From the NCBI GenBank assembly GCA_019244185.1, contig JAFATB010000008.1:1-53190 (forward strand): 53,190 bases of DNA, in the 5' to 3' direction. Below the pieces are notes generated by a model. The model saw nothing but the letters and a program-made list of their open reading frames with translations. It did not search any database and had not been told where the DNA came from. Source of the DNA: Acidobacteriota bacterium. GTDB taxonomy: Bacteria > Acidobacteriota > Thermoanaerobaculia > Gp7-AA8. Shown here piece after piece: positions 36,475-53,190 of the stretch (position 1 is its first letter; each line of letters opens with the position of its first letter). Position numbers and translations under genes: made by a program.

Positions 36475-36771
36475 CTACGCGACGCGGAAGATCTCGCGGT
36501 GGCCGCCGACCACGAGCTCCATGTAGCCGCTCATGATCTCCTGCACTTCCGGCCGCGCGCTGTACTCGCGCATGTGCCGTTCGAAGTCCTCGAGCGACGG
36601 CGCGTCGGATTCGAGCACCACCGTCCAGTAGTTCGCGACGACGTCGATGAGCACGCGGTTGTTGCTGAAGCCGTCGTGCTGCTCCATCGACGCGAAGGTC
36701 TTCTTGAACCGTTCGGCGAGCTCTTTCGCCTTGCCGGGCTTGCACTGGAACACGTCACGAATCACGTACAT
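36475..36771 (-). CDS. small dimeric alpha-beta barrel (NIPSNAP-like) protein
   Basis: IRDVFQCKPGKAKEL...REIFRV, with a GAGGAGG RBS. Confidence 0.75.
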   Translation of the reverse strand: MYVIRDVFQCKPGKAKELAERFKKTFASMEQHDGFSNNRVLIDVVANYWTVVLESDAPSLEDFERHMREYSARPEVQEIMSGYMELVVGGHREIFRVA

Positions 36772-37228
36772 CGCGAACCTCCTCGACTTCTTCGAGCCAC
36801 TCCGCCGCGTCGCCGACGCGGATCGCGCCGCCTTCGACGATCACGCCGAACGCGCCGCCGCGCCACCGCGGCTGCATCGCCGCGCGCAGGCCCGGCTGCG
36901 CTTCTTCCATCTGTTCGCACGGCCGGGTCTCGCCGTAAATCCGCACGCGCGCGTCGCCGATGCGCAGCATTCTCCCGATCGTGCTTTTGTCGAAGGTGAT
37001 GCCGCGCAGCATCACGTTCGCGCGGCGCGTCGACGGCGGCACGTCCACGCCGACGGCCTGCTGCGCTTCGCGCCACGCGGCCTCGTCGATGATCGTGACG
37101 TGACGCTTGCCGCCGCGATTCGCGTTGTCGCGCAGACCGCGGTCCGCGATCGCCTCGACTTCCTGCTTCGGATCCATCGGGCCGCCGCGGAAGCGCTTGA
37201 GCCACAGCGCGACGACTTCACCGGCCAT
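36755..37228 (-). CDS. MOSC domain protein
   Basis: RGLRDN, RHVT, RRANV, TRPCEQM and GG..G.I..GG.I.VGD. Confidence 0.88.
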   Translation of the reverse strand: MAGEVVALWLKRFRGGPMDPKQEVEAIADRGLRDNANRGGKRHVTIIDEAAWREAQQAVGVDVPPSTRRANVMLRGITFDKSTIGRMLRIGDARVRIYGETRPCEQMEEAQPGLRAAMQPRWRGGAFGVIVEGGAIRVGDAAEWLEEVEEVRDVRDS

Positions 37229-37850
37229 CGAGCACCTCGAGCACGCCCGCGAGCGAATGCGCGAACGCATCCGGCGCCGACGCCAGCAGCGCGTCGCGAT
37301 TCGGATACGTTCCCGGCACCGCCACCGAGTACACGCCGGCCGCGCGCGCCATGGCGATGTCTTCAGGGCTATCGCCGACGTACACCGCCTCTTCCGCACG
37401 CACGCCGAGTTTCTCCATCGCCAGCAGCAATCCCTCGGGATGCGGCTTCTTCGCGACGACGTCGCAGCCGAACACCGACGCGCGCACGTACGGCGTCAGC
37501 GCGTGCGCCGCGAGCTCGCGCGAGACCCGCTCGCGGCTGCCGCTCGTCACGATGCCGTTCGCGACGCCGCGTTCCGCGAGCGCCGCGAGCAGCTCGCGCG
37601 CGCCGTCGATCAGCGCGACCTCTTCGCACGCGAAGTGCTCGAGCCATTGTGCGTCGGCGTCGCGCCAGTGCTCCTCGTCGAGCCCGACCTCGCGAAACGT
37701 GTGGTACCAGTTCGGCGAATACGTGCGCGCGTACGTCTCGCGATCGAACGCGATGCCGTACGACGCGAAGAGCCGCACGTAGCAACGGAAGCTCGCCTCC
37801 GCCGTGTCGGCGAGCGTTCCGTCCCAGTCGAAGAAAACCGCGCGGACCAT
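37218..37850 (-). CDS. HAD family hydrolase/phosphatase
   Basis: FDWDGTLAD, VTS, KKPHPE and YVGDS..DI. Confidence 0.92.
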   Translation of the reverse strand: MVRAVFFDWDGTLADTAEASFRCYVRLFASYGIAFDRETYARTYSPNWYHTFREVGLDEEHWRDADAQWLEHFACEEVALIDGARELLAALAERGVANGIVTSGSRERVSRELAAHALTPYVRASVFGCDVVAKKPHPEGLLLAMEKLGVRAEEAVYVGDSPEDIAMARAAGVYSVAVPGTYPNRDALLASAPDAFAHSLAGVLEVLDGR

Positions 37851-37873
37851 GGCCGCGATGTTAGCCGCTTTCG

Positions 37874-40855
37874 CTACCAGATCAGGCGCAATCCGAGCTG
37901 CATCTGGCGCGGATCGCCCACGCCGCTCTGCACCGTGCCGTCGAAGTTGAAGATGAGGTTCGTGACCTCGGGGCGCCGGAGATTCTTGCTATTGAAGAGA
38001 TTGAAGACGTCGAGCGCCGGCTCGACCGTGAGGCCGTTCACGACGAACGGTTTCGACAGGCGCAGATCGAGCGACGAGTACTGATTGTCCTTGCGCCCGA
38101 GGTTGCGCTTCGTGACAGAGCCGTCGGGATTGATGCGGTCCTGCGGCGTCGCGGCGTCCGTGCCGTCCGCCTTGATCGACTTCGGCTGCGCGGAGCGGTA
38201 CGAGTAGCGCAGGTTGAGATCGACGCCGTGCGGCGCGTTCCACAGCAGCCACGAGTTCACGCGGTGGCGCTGGTCGCGATCGGAGTAGCTGTACTCCGCG
38301 TCGAGATCGGTGACCTTCGCATAGCGGAACGAGAACGGGTCGCGCTCGTTGTCGTCGTCGGAGAGGTCTTTCGAATACGTGTAGTACGCCTGGAACTGCA
38401 GGTTGTGCGACGGGCGCTTCGTGACGCCGAGCGTCCAGCCGCGATAGAGGCTCTTCGCCGTCGACTCGACGACCGTCAGCGTGTTGATGCCGTTCGCGCC
38501 GGCGGGATCGAGCCCCGTGCTCCACGGCGACCCGAGAAGCGGATCGTTGCGGTTCACGAAGCGCGTGATGTGATCGCCCTTCGCGTAGTTGTACTTGATT
38601 AGGAACGCGTAGTCCTTGATGAGCTCCTGCTCCCAGCCGAGCGCGTACGACGTCGTGCGCGGGTTCTGGAAGTTTTTGTCGAACACGAAGACGTCGGGCA
38701 GGAACGGCGCGCCGATCTGATCGGCGGGGATGAGGTTCGGATACGCGGGCACGGGACCGAGCACGCCCGTCAGCGCGGAGTTGCGGAAGATCGACTGCCC
38801 GCGGCTGCCGTTCGTCGAACGCGACGACGCGAGCGTGAGACCGGGAACGCGTCCGTAGAAGATGCCCGCGCTGCCGCGCAGCACCTTCTTGCCGTCGCCG
38901 CCGGGATTCCACGAGAAGCCGAGGCGCGGCTGCCACATGCTGTAGTCGGACGGGATCGTGCCGTCGGACGGGAACTCCTGACCGTTGCGCGTCTGGCCGA
39001 TGAACTTCGTGTAGAAGACCTGCGACGGCGGCGTGATCGGATCGGGCTCGATCTCCGCTTCCCAGCGCAGTCCGTACTGGACGTTGAGATTCGGCGTGGC
39101 CTGCCACGAGTCCTGCACGAACACCGCGGGCTCGGTCTGCGGAATGCTCTGCGTGCCCGCGTCTTCGACGGAGAGGCCACCGACGCCGGCCTGCTGCAGA
39201 TAGAGGAGCACGGGACCGGTGATGTCGGCGCCGGTCGGGCATGTCCCCGTCTGCGACGAGCTGCCGTCGGAGCATTCGACGTAGTGCGGATTCGCGAGGT
39301 AGTTGAGGAAGCCGTCGGTGGAACTGAAGATGTAGCGGCCGTTCGCGAAGCCGACGAACGTCTGCACGGAGTTCACGCGGTTGTACTCGGCGCCGACTTT
39401 GATCGAGTGCGCGCCGCGCAGGAACGACACGTTGTCGTTGAGCTGCACGCGCGTGTCGTAATACTTCACCGGGATGAAGAACGGCTCGCCGAAGCGATAG
39501 CTGTTCGCGAAGTCGAACGCGGTGTCGGGCAGCGGCCGATTCTGGCCGTTGATGTCGGGACCTTCGTACGTGCGCGGACGGTCTTCGCGCGCGTACTGGA
39601 AGCGCATCTCGTTGAGCAGGTTGCTGCTGAGAGTCGAGATGATCGAGCCGGTGCCGGCGTTCGAGCGGTCCTTCTCGGTCGCGTTCGCGCTGCGGCCCCA
39701 CGAGTCGACGTCGAACGTGCCGTTCTTCTGCTCGGACCACGTGTAGTTGTAGCGCCCCGTGACGATCGTGCGCTGGCCGAGGTTCCAGTCGACTTTGCCG
39801 AGGAACACGCGCGCGTCGTTGGTGCGATCGATGGGAAGGTTCTCGCCGGATGAGCCGAGCGACGCGAGCGCGGCCACGACGCGCGGATCGATGCGCGAGG
39901 CGTCGGTCTGCTTCGTGGAGCTCGCCTTCTGCACATCGAGCGCGGTGAAGTAGAAGACCTTGTCGCGCACGATCGGGCCGCCGAGCGTGAAGCCGGTCTG
40001 GTATTGCTTCGAATCGAACTTCGGCGATTCCGTGCCGTCGGGATTCTTCGGGTTCGACGACAGCGCGTCGTTCTTGAGCACGAAGTGCGCGGTGCCGGAC
40101 ATGTCGTTCGTGCCCGACTTCGTGATGACGTTCACGAAGCCCGACTGCGAGCGGCCGAACTCCGCGTTCGCGCCGTCGGCGACGACGACGAGCTCTTTCA
40201 CGGCGTCGAGGTTGAACGTGAACGCCGGACGCTGGCCGCCGCGCTGCTCGCCGAAGAACGGGTTGTTGAAGTCGGCGCCGTCGACGGAGACGTTGTTGGA
40301 GATGCCTTTCTGCCCGTTGATGGACAGCTCGTCGCCGTCCGGCCCCTGCACGATCGTGACGCCCGGCGTGAGCTTCGTCAGCTCGAGGAAGTTGCGGCCG
40401 TTGTTCGGCAGATTGGAGACCGCGTCTTCGTCGATGCGCGTCGCGCCTTCCGTGCGCGCGGTCTCGATCAGCGGCGCTTCCGCCGTCACGACGAGCTCCT
40501 CGGCCACCGCGGCCTGCGCGAGCTTGAAGTTCGCGGTGAGCGTCTGCCCGAGGCCGAGGTCGAGGCCCTTGCGCACCTGCGTCGCGAAGCCGCTGAGCGA
40601 GGCGCGCACCTCGTACGGACCGAGCGGCAGCAGCACGCCGCGGTAGCGGCCCGCGGAGTCGGTCTGGATGGTTTGCTCGTAGTTCGTGGCGACGTCGTGC
40701 AGCACGACCGTCACGCCCGGCAGCACGCCGCCCGACGCGTCGGTGACGACACCCTCGATGACGCCGGTGGTGGCTTGCGACTGGGCGAAGAGAACGAGAG
40801 GAAGAAACGCCAGGACGAGAGCGAGCACCGACCGGAGAAGGGACGAACGGCGCAT
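37874..40855 (-). CDS. TonB-dependent receptor (Oar-like)
   Basis: Signal peptide, GVVTDASGGVLPGVTV, AEFGRSQSGFVNVITKSGTN, C-terminal W and an AAGGAGG RBS. Confidence 0.93.
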   Translation of the reverse strand: MRRSSLLRSVLALVLAFLPLVLFAQSQATTGVIEGVVTDASGGVLPGVTVVLHDVATNYEQTIQTDSAGRYRGVLLPLGPYEVRASLSGFATQVRKGLDLGLGQTLTANFKLAQAAVAEELVVTAEAPLIETARTEGATRIDEDAVSNLPNNGRNFLELTKLTPGVTIVQGPDGDELSINGQKGISNNVSVDGADFNNPFFGEQRGGQRPAFTFNLDAVKELVVVADGANAEFGRSQSGFVNVITKSGTNDMSGTAHFVLKNDALSSNPKNPDGTESPKFDSKQYQTGFTLGGPIVRDKVFYFTALDVQKASSTKQTDASRIDPRVVAALASLGSSGENLPIDRTNDARVFLGKVDWNLGQRTIVTGRYNYTWSEQKNGTFDVDSWGRSANATEKDRSNAGTGSIISTLSSNLLNEMRFQYAREDRPRTYEGPDINGQNRPLPDTAFDFANSYRFGEPFFIPVKYYDTRVQLNDNVSFLRGAHSIKVGAEYNRVNSVQTFVGFANGRYIFSSTDGFLNYLANPHYVECSDGSSSQTGTCPTGADITGPVLLYLQQAGVGGLSVEDAGTQSIPQTEPAVFVQDSWQATPNLNVQYGLRWEAEIEPDPITPPSQVFYTKFIGQTRNGQEFPSDGTIPSDYSMWQPRLGFSWNPGGDGKKVLRGSAGIFYGRVPGLTLASSRSTNGSRGQSIFRNSALTGVLGPVPAYPNLIPADQIGAPFLPDVFVFDKNFQNPRTTSYALGWEQELIKDYAFLIKYNYAKGDHITRFVNRNDPLLGSPWSTGLDPAGANGINTLTVVESTAKSLYRGWTLGVTKRPSHNLQFQAYYTYSKDLSDDDNERDPFSFRYAKVTDLDAEYSYSDRDQRHRVNSWLLWNAPHGVDLNLRYSYRSAQPKSIKADGTDAATPQDRINPDGSVTKRNLGRKDNQYSSLDLRLSKPFVVNGLTVEPALDVFNLFNSKNLRRPEVTNLIFNFDGTVQSGVGDPRQMQLGLRLIW

Positions 40856-40900
40856 GGGGCCTCCTTATCCGCGAACGAACCGTATTGGACTTGTGCGTTC

Positions 40901-40929
40901 ACGATAGGCCGGGGGCCGGAAAACGTCAA
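40901..40929 (-). promoter_or_regulatory. sigma70 promoter of the TBDR gene
   Basis: TTGACG (40924-29), 17 nt, TATCGT (40901-06). Confidence 0.6.
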
Positions 40930-40952
40930 ACGATCGCGTGTCAAGAATCCGG

Positions 40953-41005
40953 TTGCGCAACGGCCCGGCAAGTGCTAAATTTTCAGCAGTGCTAAAAAAT
41001 CAACA
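40953..41005 (+). promoter_or_regulatory. blaI-like promoter with two tandem operator-like boxes
   Basis: TTGCGC, 17 nt, TAAATT. Boxes TGCTAAATTTTCAGCA (40973-88) and TGCTAAAAAATCAACA (40990-41005) overlap the -10 and +1 positions. Confidence 0.7.
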
Positions 41006-41018
41006 CACGGAGACCGGA

Positions 41019-41405
41019 ATGCAACGACCTACGGGACAACTGAGCCGGCGCGAGCGCGAGATGATGGACATCGTCTTTCGCAGCGGCCGCGCGACCGCCG
41101 GCGAAGTGCAGGAAGCGATGCAGGATGCGCCGACGTATTCGGCCGTGCGCGCGACGCTGCGCATCCTCGAACAGAAAGGGCTGCTGCGTCACGAGACGGA
41201 CGGCAATCGCTACGTCTACCGGCCGGCGGTGAACCGCGATCGCGAACGGCGCGGCGCGCTGCACCATCTGCTGGACACGTTCTTCGACGGCTCGATCGCG
41301 AACGTCGTGGCCACGCTGCTGGAGAAGCCGGGAAAGAAGCTCGACGACGACGAACTGCAGCGCATCGAACGCCTCATCGCTGACGCACGAAAGGAAGGCC
41401 GCTGA
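41019..41405 (+). CDS. BlaI/MecI/CopY family repressor
   Basis: LSRREREMMD, TYSAVRATLRILEQKG, YVYRP and LLDTFFDGS. Confidence 0.93.
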   Translation: MQRPTGQLSRREREMMDIVFRSGRATAGEVQEAMQDAPTYSAVRATLRILEQKGLLRHETDGNRYVYRPAVNRDRERRGALHHLLDTFFDGSIANVVATLLEKPGKKLDDDELQRIERLIADARKEGR

Positions 41406-43186
41406 TGATCCGCATGCTGATCGAAGTGACGCTGCTGGCCGGCATCGGACGGCTGGTGATGCTGGCGATGCCGCGGGCGTCGGCCGCGCTGCGCGCGGCG
41501 ATCGCCATCGCCACGCTGGCGGGCATGCTCGTGATTCCGCTGGTGAACGCGGCGGACGTAACGTGGCGTCTGCCGCTGCGCAACGCGCCGGTCGCGACCG
41601 TGATGGTTGATCGTTCGCCGACGGAAGCACCGGTTGCGCAGGTTGCGCCGGTTGCGCAGACGGTGCAGGCTGCGCCGCCAATGACGCTCGCGACGCGCGA
41701 GGCGGAGCCGCTGCCCGCCCCACCGCGCAACTGGCTGTTGTGGATTGCAGTGGTCGTCGCGGGATGCGCGCTGCTGCACGTCGCGTTCGGCGCGATCGCG
41801 GTGTCGGCACTTGCACGATCCGCCGATGTCGTGGACGAGCCGCTCGTCGTCGATGCCGTCGCACGCGCCGCGCGTCTGCTAGGGATTCGACGCGCGATTC
41901 GCGTCGTGGCCAGCGATCGCGTGCCGCTGCCGTCGTTGTGGGGCTTCCGCAAACCGGTGCTGCTGTTGCCGCGCGTGGCGCTGGCGTGGCCGGCCGAGCG
42001 ACTCGAGGCGGTGCTCCTGCACGAGCTCGCGCACGCGAAGCGTCACGACGTCGCGGCGCTGCTGTTCGCGCGTGTCGTGCGGTCGCTCTTCTGGTTCCAT
42101 CCACTGGCGTGGTCGCTCGAACGCGCGGCGCGCCGCGACTGCGAGCGCGCGTGCGACGATCTCGTGCTGCGCAGCGGCTGCGCGGCGTCGGCGTACGCGG
42201 ATCATCTGCTCGCGATCGCGCGCACGCTGCAACTCGCCGACGGACTCTCCGCGGCGGTGGCGATGTCGCGGCCGTCCGAGCTCGGCGAGCGCGTCGCGGC
42301 GATCCTTCAGCCGCAACGCAGCCGCAAGTCGATCTCGTGGCGGACGTGGACCGCCGTCGCCGCGATGACGTGCGCGCTCGCCATTCCGCTCGCGACGGTG
42401 CAACTCGTCGCGAAACCGGCGCCCACGCGGCAAGTCACGGCCACGCAAACGCGGTGGAGCATCGAAACCGTGCTCGATCGGACGGACGACGCGCGCACCG
42501 CGTTCCGCGAAGCCCGCTATGCCGACGCGATCCGCTTGTATCGAGAGGTGCTCGCGGCGCAGCCGGACGACGCCACGACGCGCTACAACCTCGCCTGCGC
42601 GTACGCGCGCCACGGCGACCGGCAGCTCGCGCTCGCAACGCTGCGCGACGCCGTCTACTCCGGCTACACCAACGCGGAGCACATGCTCGCCGACGACGAT
42701 CTCGCATCCATTCGCGGCTCCGAGATGGACGCGCTCGCGGCGCTGGCGCCGGAGCTCGTGCTCTCCGATCGCGGCGGCTGGGCCGCGGCCGCGCGGCGCT
42801 ACGAGGTCTTCGCGAACCGTCATCCCGAACTTCCGCGCGCGTGGTTCAACCTCGGATTCGCATTGGTCCGCTCCGGCGAAGAGCGCCGGGCCATCGATGC
42901 CTTCACGCGCGTCCGCAACATGGGCTATCGCCGCCCGACCGCTGCCTACAACATCGGCTGCGCGTTCGCGAAACTCGGCGATTCCTCCAGCGCGCTGCAG
43001 TGGCTGCATCGCGCGGAGGACGAAGGCTTCGACGTCGGCGCGCAGGCGGCGATGGATGACGACGTCGACACGCTTCGCACCGATCCGTGGCTCGCGTCGC
43101 TCATCACCGCGCGACGGGCGAAACTCGAGAAGAAGCACGACAAGGAGAAGAGCGAGAAGGACAAAGAGAAGGAGAAGTCAGAGTGA
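41405..43186 (+). CDS. M56 (BlaR1-like) metallopeptidase with C-terminal TPR domain
   Basis: TM segments, HELAH, WFHPLAW and ERACDD, with repeated YNLAC/FNLG/YNIGC TPR-like motifs. Confidence 0.92.
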   Translation: MIRMLIEVTLLAGIGRLVMLAMPRASAALRAAIAIATLAGMLVIPLVNAADVTWRLPLRNAPVATVMVDRSPTEAPVAQVAPVAQTVQAAPPMTLATREAEPLPAPPRNWLLWIAVVVAGCALLHVAFGAIAVSALARSADVVDEPLVVDAVARAARLLGIRRAIRVVASDRVPLPSLWGFRKPVLLLPRVALAWPAERLEAVLLHELAHAKRHDVAALLFARVVRSLFWFHPLAWSLERAARRDCERACDDLVLRSGCAASAYADHLLAIARTLQLADGLSAAVAMSRPSELGERVAAILQPQRSRKSISWRTWTAVAAMTCALAIPLATVQLVAKPAPTRQVTATQTRWSIETVLDRTDDARTAFREARYADAIRLYREVLAAQPDDATTRYNLACAYARHGDRQLALATLRDAVYSGYTNAEHMLADDDLASIRGSEMDALAALAPELVLSDRGGWAAAARRYEVFANRHPELPRAWFNLGFALVRSGEERRAIDAFTRVRNMGYRRPTAAYNIGCAFAKLGDSSSALQWLHRAEDEGFDVGAQAAMDDDVDTLRTDPWLASLITARRAKLEKKHDKEKSEKDKEKEKSE

Positions 43187-44100
43187 TCGCGGCGCTTCTT
43201 CTCGCCGCGACGCTTTCGATCGGCGATCCCGCGCCGCCGCTCACCGTCAACGCGTGGCTGCAGCAGCGGCAGCCGTCGGTCGTGCGTCAGGGAAAGGTGA
43301 GCGTCGTCGAATTCTGGGCGACGTGGTGCGGCCCGTGCGTCGCGAACATCGCGCACCTCACCGCGCTGCAGAAGAAATACGCGGCGCAGGGGTTGGTCGT
43401 GATCGGCGCGACCAGTCCGGACGCGTGGGGCAACGATCGCCACGCGGTCGAGGCGATCATCGCCGCGAAGGGCAAGGCGTTCGACTACGCGGTGGCGTGG
43501 CTGCCGCCGAACGGCGGCAAAGAAGACGGCATCCATCGCAATCCGTGGTTCCGCGCCGCCGGCGTCGCGTGGCTGCCGTGTGCGTTCGTCATCGATCGCC
43601 GCGGACGCCTGGCGTTCATCGGCGATCCGATGATGCTCGACGACATCCTGCCGGCGATCCTCGACGGCCGCTGGGATCTCGCCGCCGCGCGTCGCAGTGA
43701 AGAGTCGTCGCGCAAGGCACGCGGCTTCGTCGCCGGCATGCAGACCGCGATCGACGCCGGCGATGCCGCGAAGGCGCTGCGGCTCGCCCGTTCCGCGCTC
43801 GCCGCGGGATCCGACGATCCGCGAACGCTGCTGCTCGTGGCCTCGACGATGTCGGACGAGAAGCACGCCCCGTCGCGTGCGAGCCTCGACGTCGCGCTGC
43901 AGGCCGCCGAGCGCGCGGTGGCGCTGACGAAGTCGCAGTCGTCCGGCATGCTCGACGCGCTCGCGCACGTGTTGTTCGTGCGCGGCGACGTGCGCAAAGC
44001 GATCGACGCCGAGTCGCGTGCAATCGCGCTCTCCGAAGGCGCCATGCGCGAGGCGCAGCGCGCGAACCTCGCGAAGTACCGCGCGGCAACGCGTTCGTAG
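43183..44100 (+). CDS. TlpA-like thioredoxin/redoxin with C-terminal helical (TPR-like) region
   Basis: IGDPAPPL, EFWATWCGPC and LPCAFVIDRRG. GTGA overlap with the upstream gene. Confidence 0.88.
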   Translation: MIAALLLAATLSIGDPAPPLTVNAWLQQRQPSVVRQGKVSVVEFWATWCGPCVANIAHLTALQKKYAAQGLVVIGATSPDAWGNDRHAVEAIIAAKGKAFDYAVAWLPPNGGKEDGIHRNPWFRAAGVAWLPCAFVIDRRGRLAFIGDPMMLDDILPAILDGRWDLAAARRSEESSRKARGFVAGMQTAIDAGDAAKALRLARSALAAGSDDPRTLLLVASTMSDEKHAPSRASLDVALQAAERAVALTKSQSSGMLDALAHVLFVRGDVRKAIDAESRAIALSEGAMREAQRANLAKYRAATRS

Positions 44101-44106
44101 CCAACA

Positions 44107-44136
44107 GATCGGGCGGCCGTCGCCGGCCGCCCGATC
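44107..44136. terminator. hairpin after the redoxin gene
   Basis: gatcgggcggccg-tcgc-cggccgcccgatc. Confidence 0.65.
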
Positions 44137-44174
44137 CGATCACGGCGGCCTGAACGGCGCGAGTCTTGAAGTTC

Positions 44175-44366
44175 ATGTCCGGCATGAACTGGCTGGTCTG
44201 GCTCGGTCTCGCTGTCGTCGTCGCCGCAATTGCGGCAGTCTCGGGCATCAAGCCCAAAGGAACGCGCCCGGTCGCTCACACGCGGATGATGGGCATGGGA
44301 CGCATCCTGCTGCTCATCATCGTGGTGATCTTCGCGTATCTCGCATTCCGCGCGCGCGGCGGCTGA
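44175..44366 (+). CDS. small 2-TM membrane protein
   Basis: Two hydrophobic helices separated by a basic loop ([14 protein letters not shown]). Confidence 0.7.
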   Translation: MSGMNWLVWLGLAVVVAAIAAVSGIKPKGTRPVAHTRMMGMGRILLLIIVVIFAYLAFRARGG

Positions 44367-44408
44367 GCAGTCGCAGACCGCGATTCATCTTGCGATGCTT
44401 CGACGAAC

Positions 44409-44438
44409 AAATCGGGCGGCCTTGCGGCCGCCCGATTT
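44409..44438. terminator. bidirectional terminator downstream of rpoC
   Basis: aaatcgggcggcc-ttgc-ggccgcccgattt. Confidence 0.8.
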
Positions 44439-44459
44439 CGTTGACAGCGTTAACGAACC

Positions 44460-48698
<4,239 letters not shown>

Positions 48699-48747
48699 TT
48701 TGCGCCTCCCCTTTTGGTCAGGAGCGATGTTCAGGAGCGATTCGTAA

Positions 48748-48936
48748 TCAGTTGTCCGTCGTCGTCGGGTGCGGGAAATTCAGCTTGACGTCACTTCCGA
48801 AGCACTCCCAGCACGGCGCTTCCCATTCGGTATCGCCGCTGTGGAAGTGCACAGTCATGCGGATGGCGCCCATGCCGTGACAAGCACGGCACGAGGCGTT
48901 GGGCATCCGCGACAGCGTCATCGTCCTGCGTCCCAT
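48748..48936 (-). CDS. small DnaJ-type zinc-finger protein (hypothetical) between rpoB and rpoC
   Basis: CRACHGMG-x18-CWECFG. AGGTGA SD-like sequence overlaps the rpoB stop. Same strand as rpoB and rpoC. Confidence 0.65.
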   Translation of the reverse strand: MGRRTMTLSRMPNASCRACHGMGAIRMTVHFHSGDTEWEAPCWECFGSDVKLNFPHPTTTDN

Positions 48937-48944
48937 GAAGTCAC

Positions 48945-53126
<4,182 letters not shown>

Positions 53127-53190
53127 CGGTGGTTCACCTCAAAACGGATTTGCGAAGCCCGTTACTACTGCTGCACGTCACGAAAACTGG

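Noticed and set aside
43130-43186. Purine-rich KEKE-coding tract at the end of the M56 gene
   Set aside because: It is an ordinary low-complexity charged tail, not a tandem-repeat locus.
48718-48741. Short tandem repeat tcaggagcgat x2 upstream of rpoC
   Set aside because: Only two 11-nt copies, too little to support a functional claim.
53183-53190. Window end aaaactgg matches the reverse complement of 53-60 at the 16S 5' end
   Set aside because: Only 8 nt long, so expected by chance. No evidence of terminal repeats.

Overview
This is a very GC-rich, gene-dense stretch of bacterial chromosome. RpoC, the C-terminal half of RpoB and the gene content point to Acidobacteriota, probably Thermoanaerobaculia-like (inference). 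It runs from the 5' end and tandem promoters of a 16S rRNA gene (minus strand, 1-398) through a compact classical menaquinone cluster (menF, split menD, menH, menB, menA, menC, menE, with a divergent menG/ubiE), thrA-thrB-thrC, and many housekeeping and accessory genes: cstA, gluQ, glgP, trmJ, HU, a SWIB protein, two TonB-dependent receptors, an Ntn acylase, an OYE oxidoreductase and a BlaI/M56-TPR/thioredoxin module. It ends in rpoB-rpoC. The most notable observations are: (1) a small DnaJ-type zinc-finger ORF between rpoB and rpoC; (2) an rpoB that is chimeric, with a gammaproteobacterial-type N-terminal part and an acidobacterial-type C-terminal part, most likely a misassembly; (3) menD split cleanly at a domain boundary; (4) a TANNNT hexamer 5-9 nt before at least 12 start codons, suggesting pervasive leaderless transcription; (5) a duplicated thrB/thrC junction that creates a 76-codon spacer ORF and keeps translational coupling; (6) two copies of a ~150-bp palindromic REPIN/MITE-like element. 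I saw no CRISPR array, tRNA or transposase. All product calls come from motif and family recognition by eye, not from database searches.
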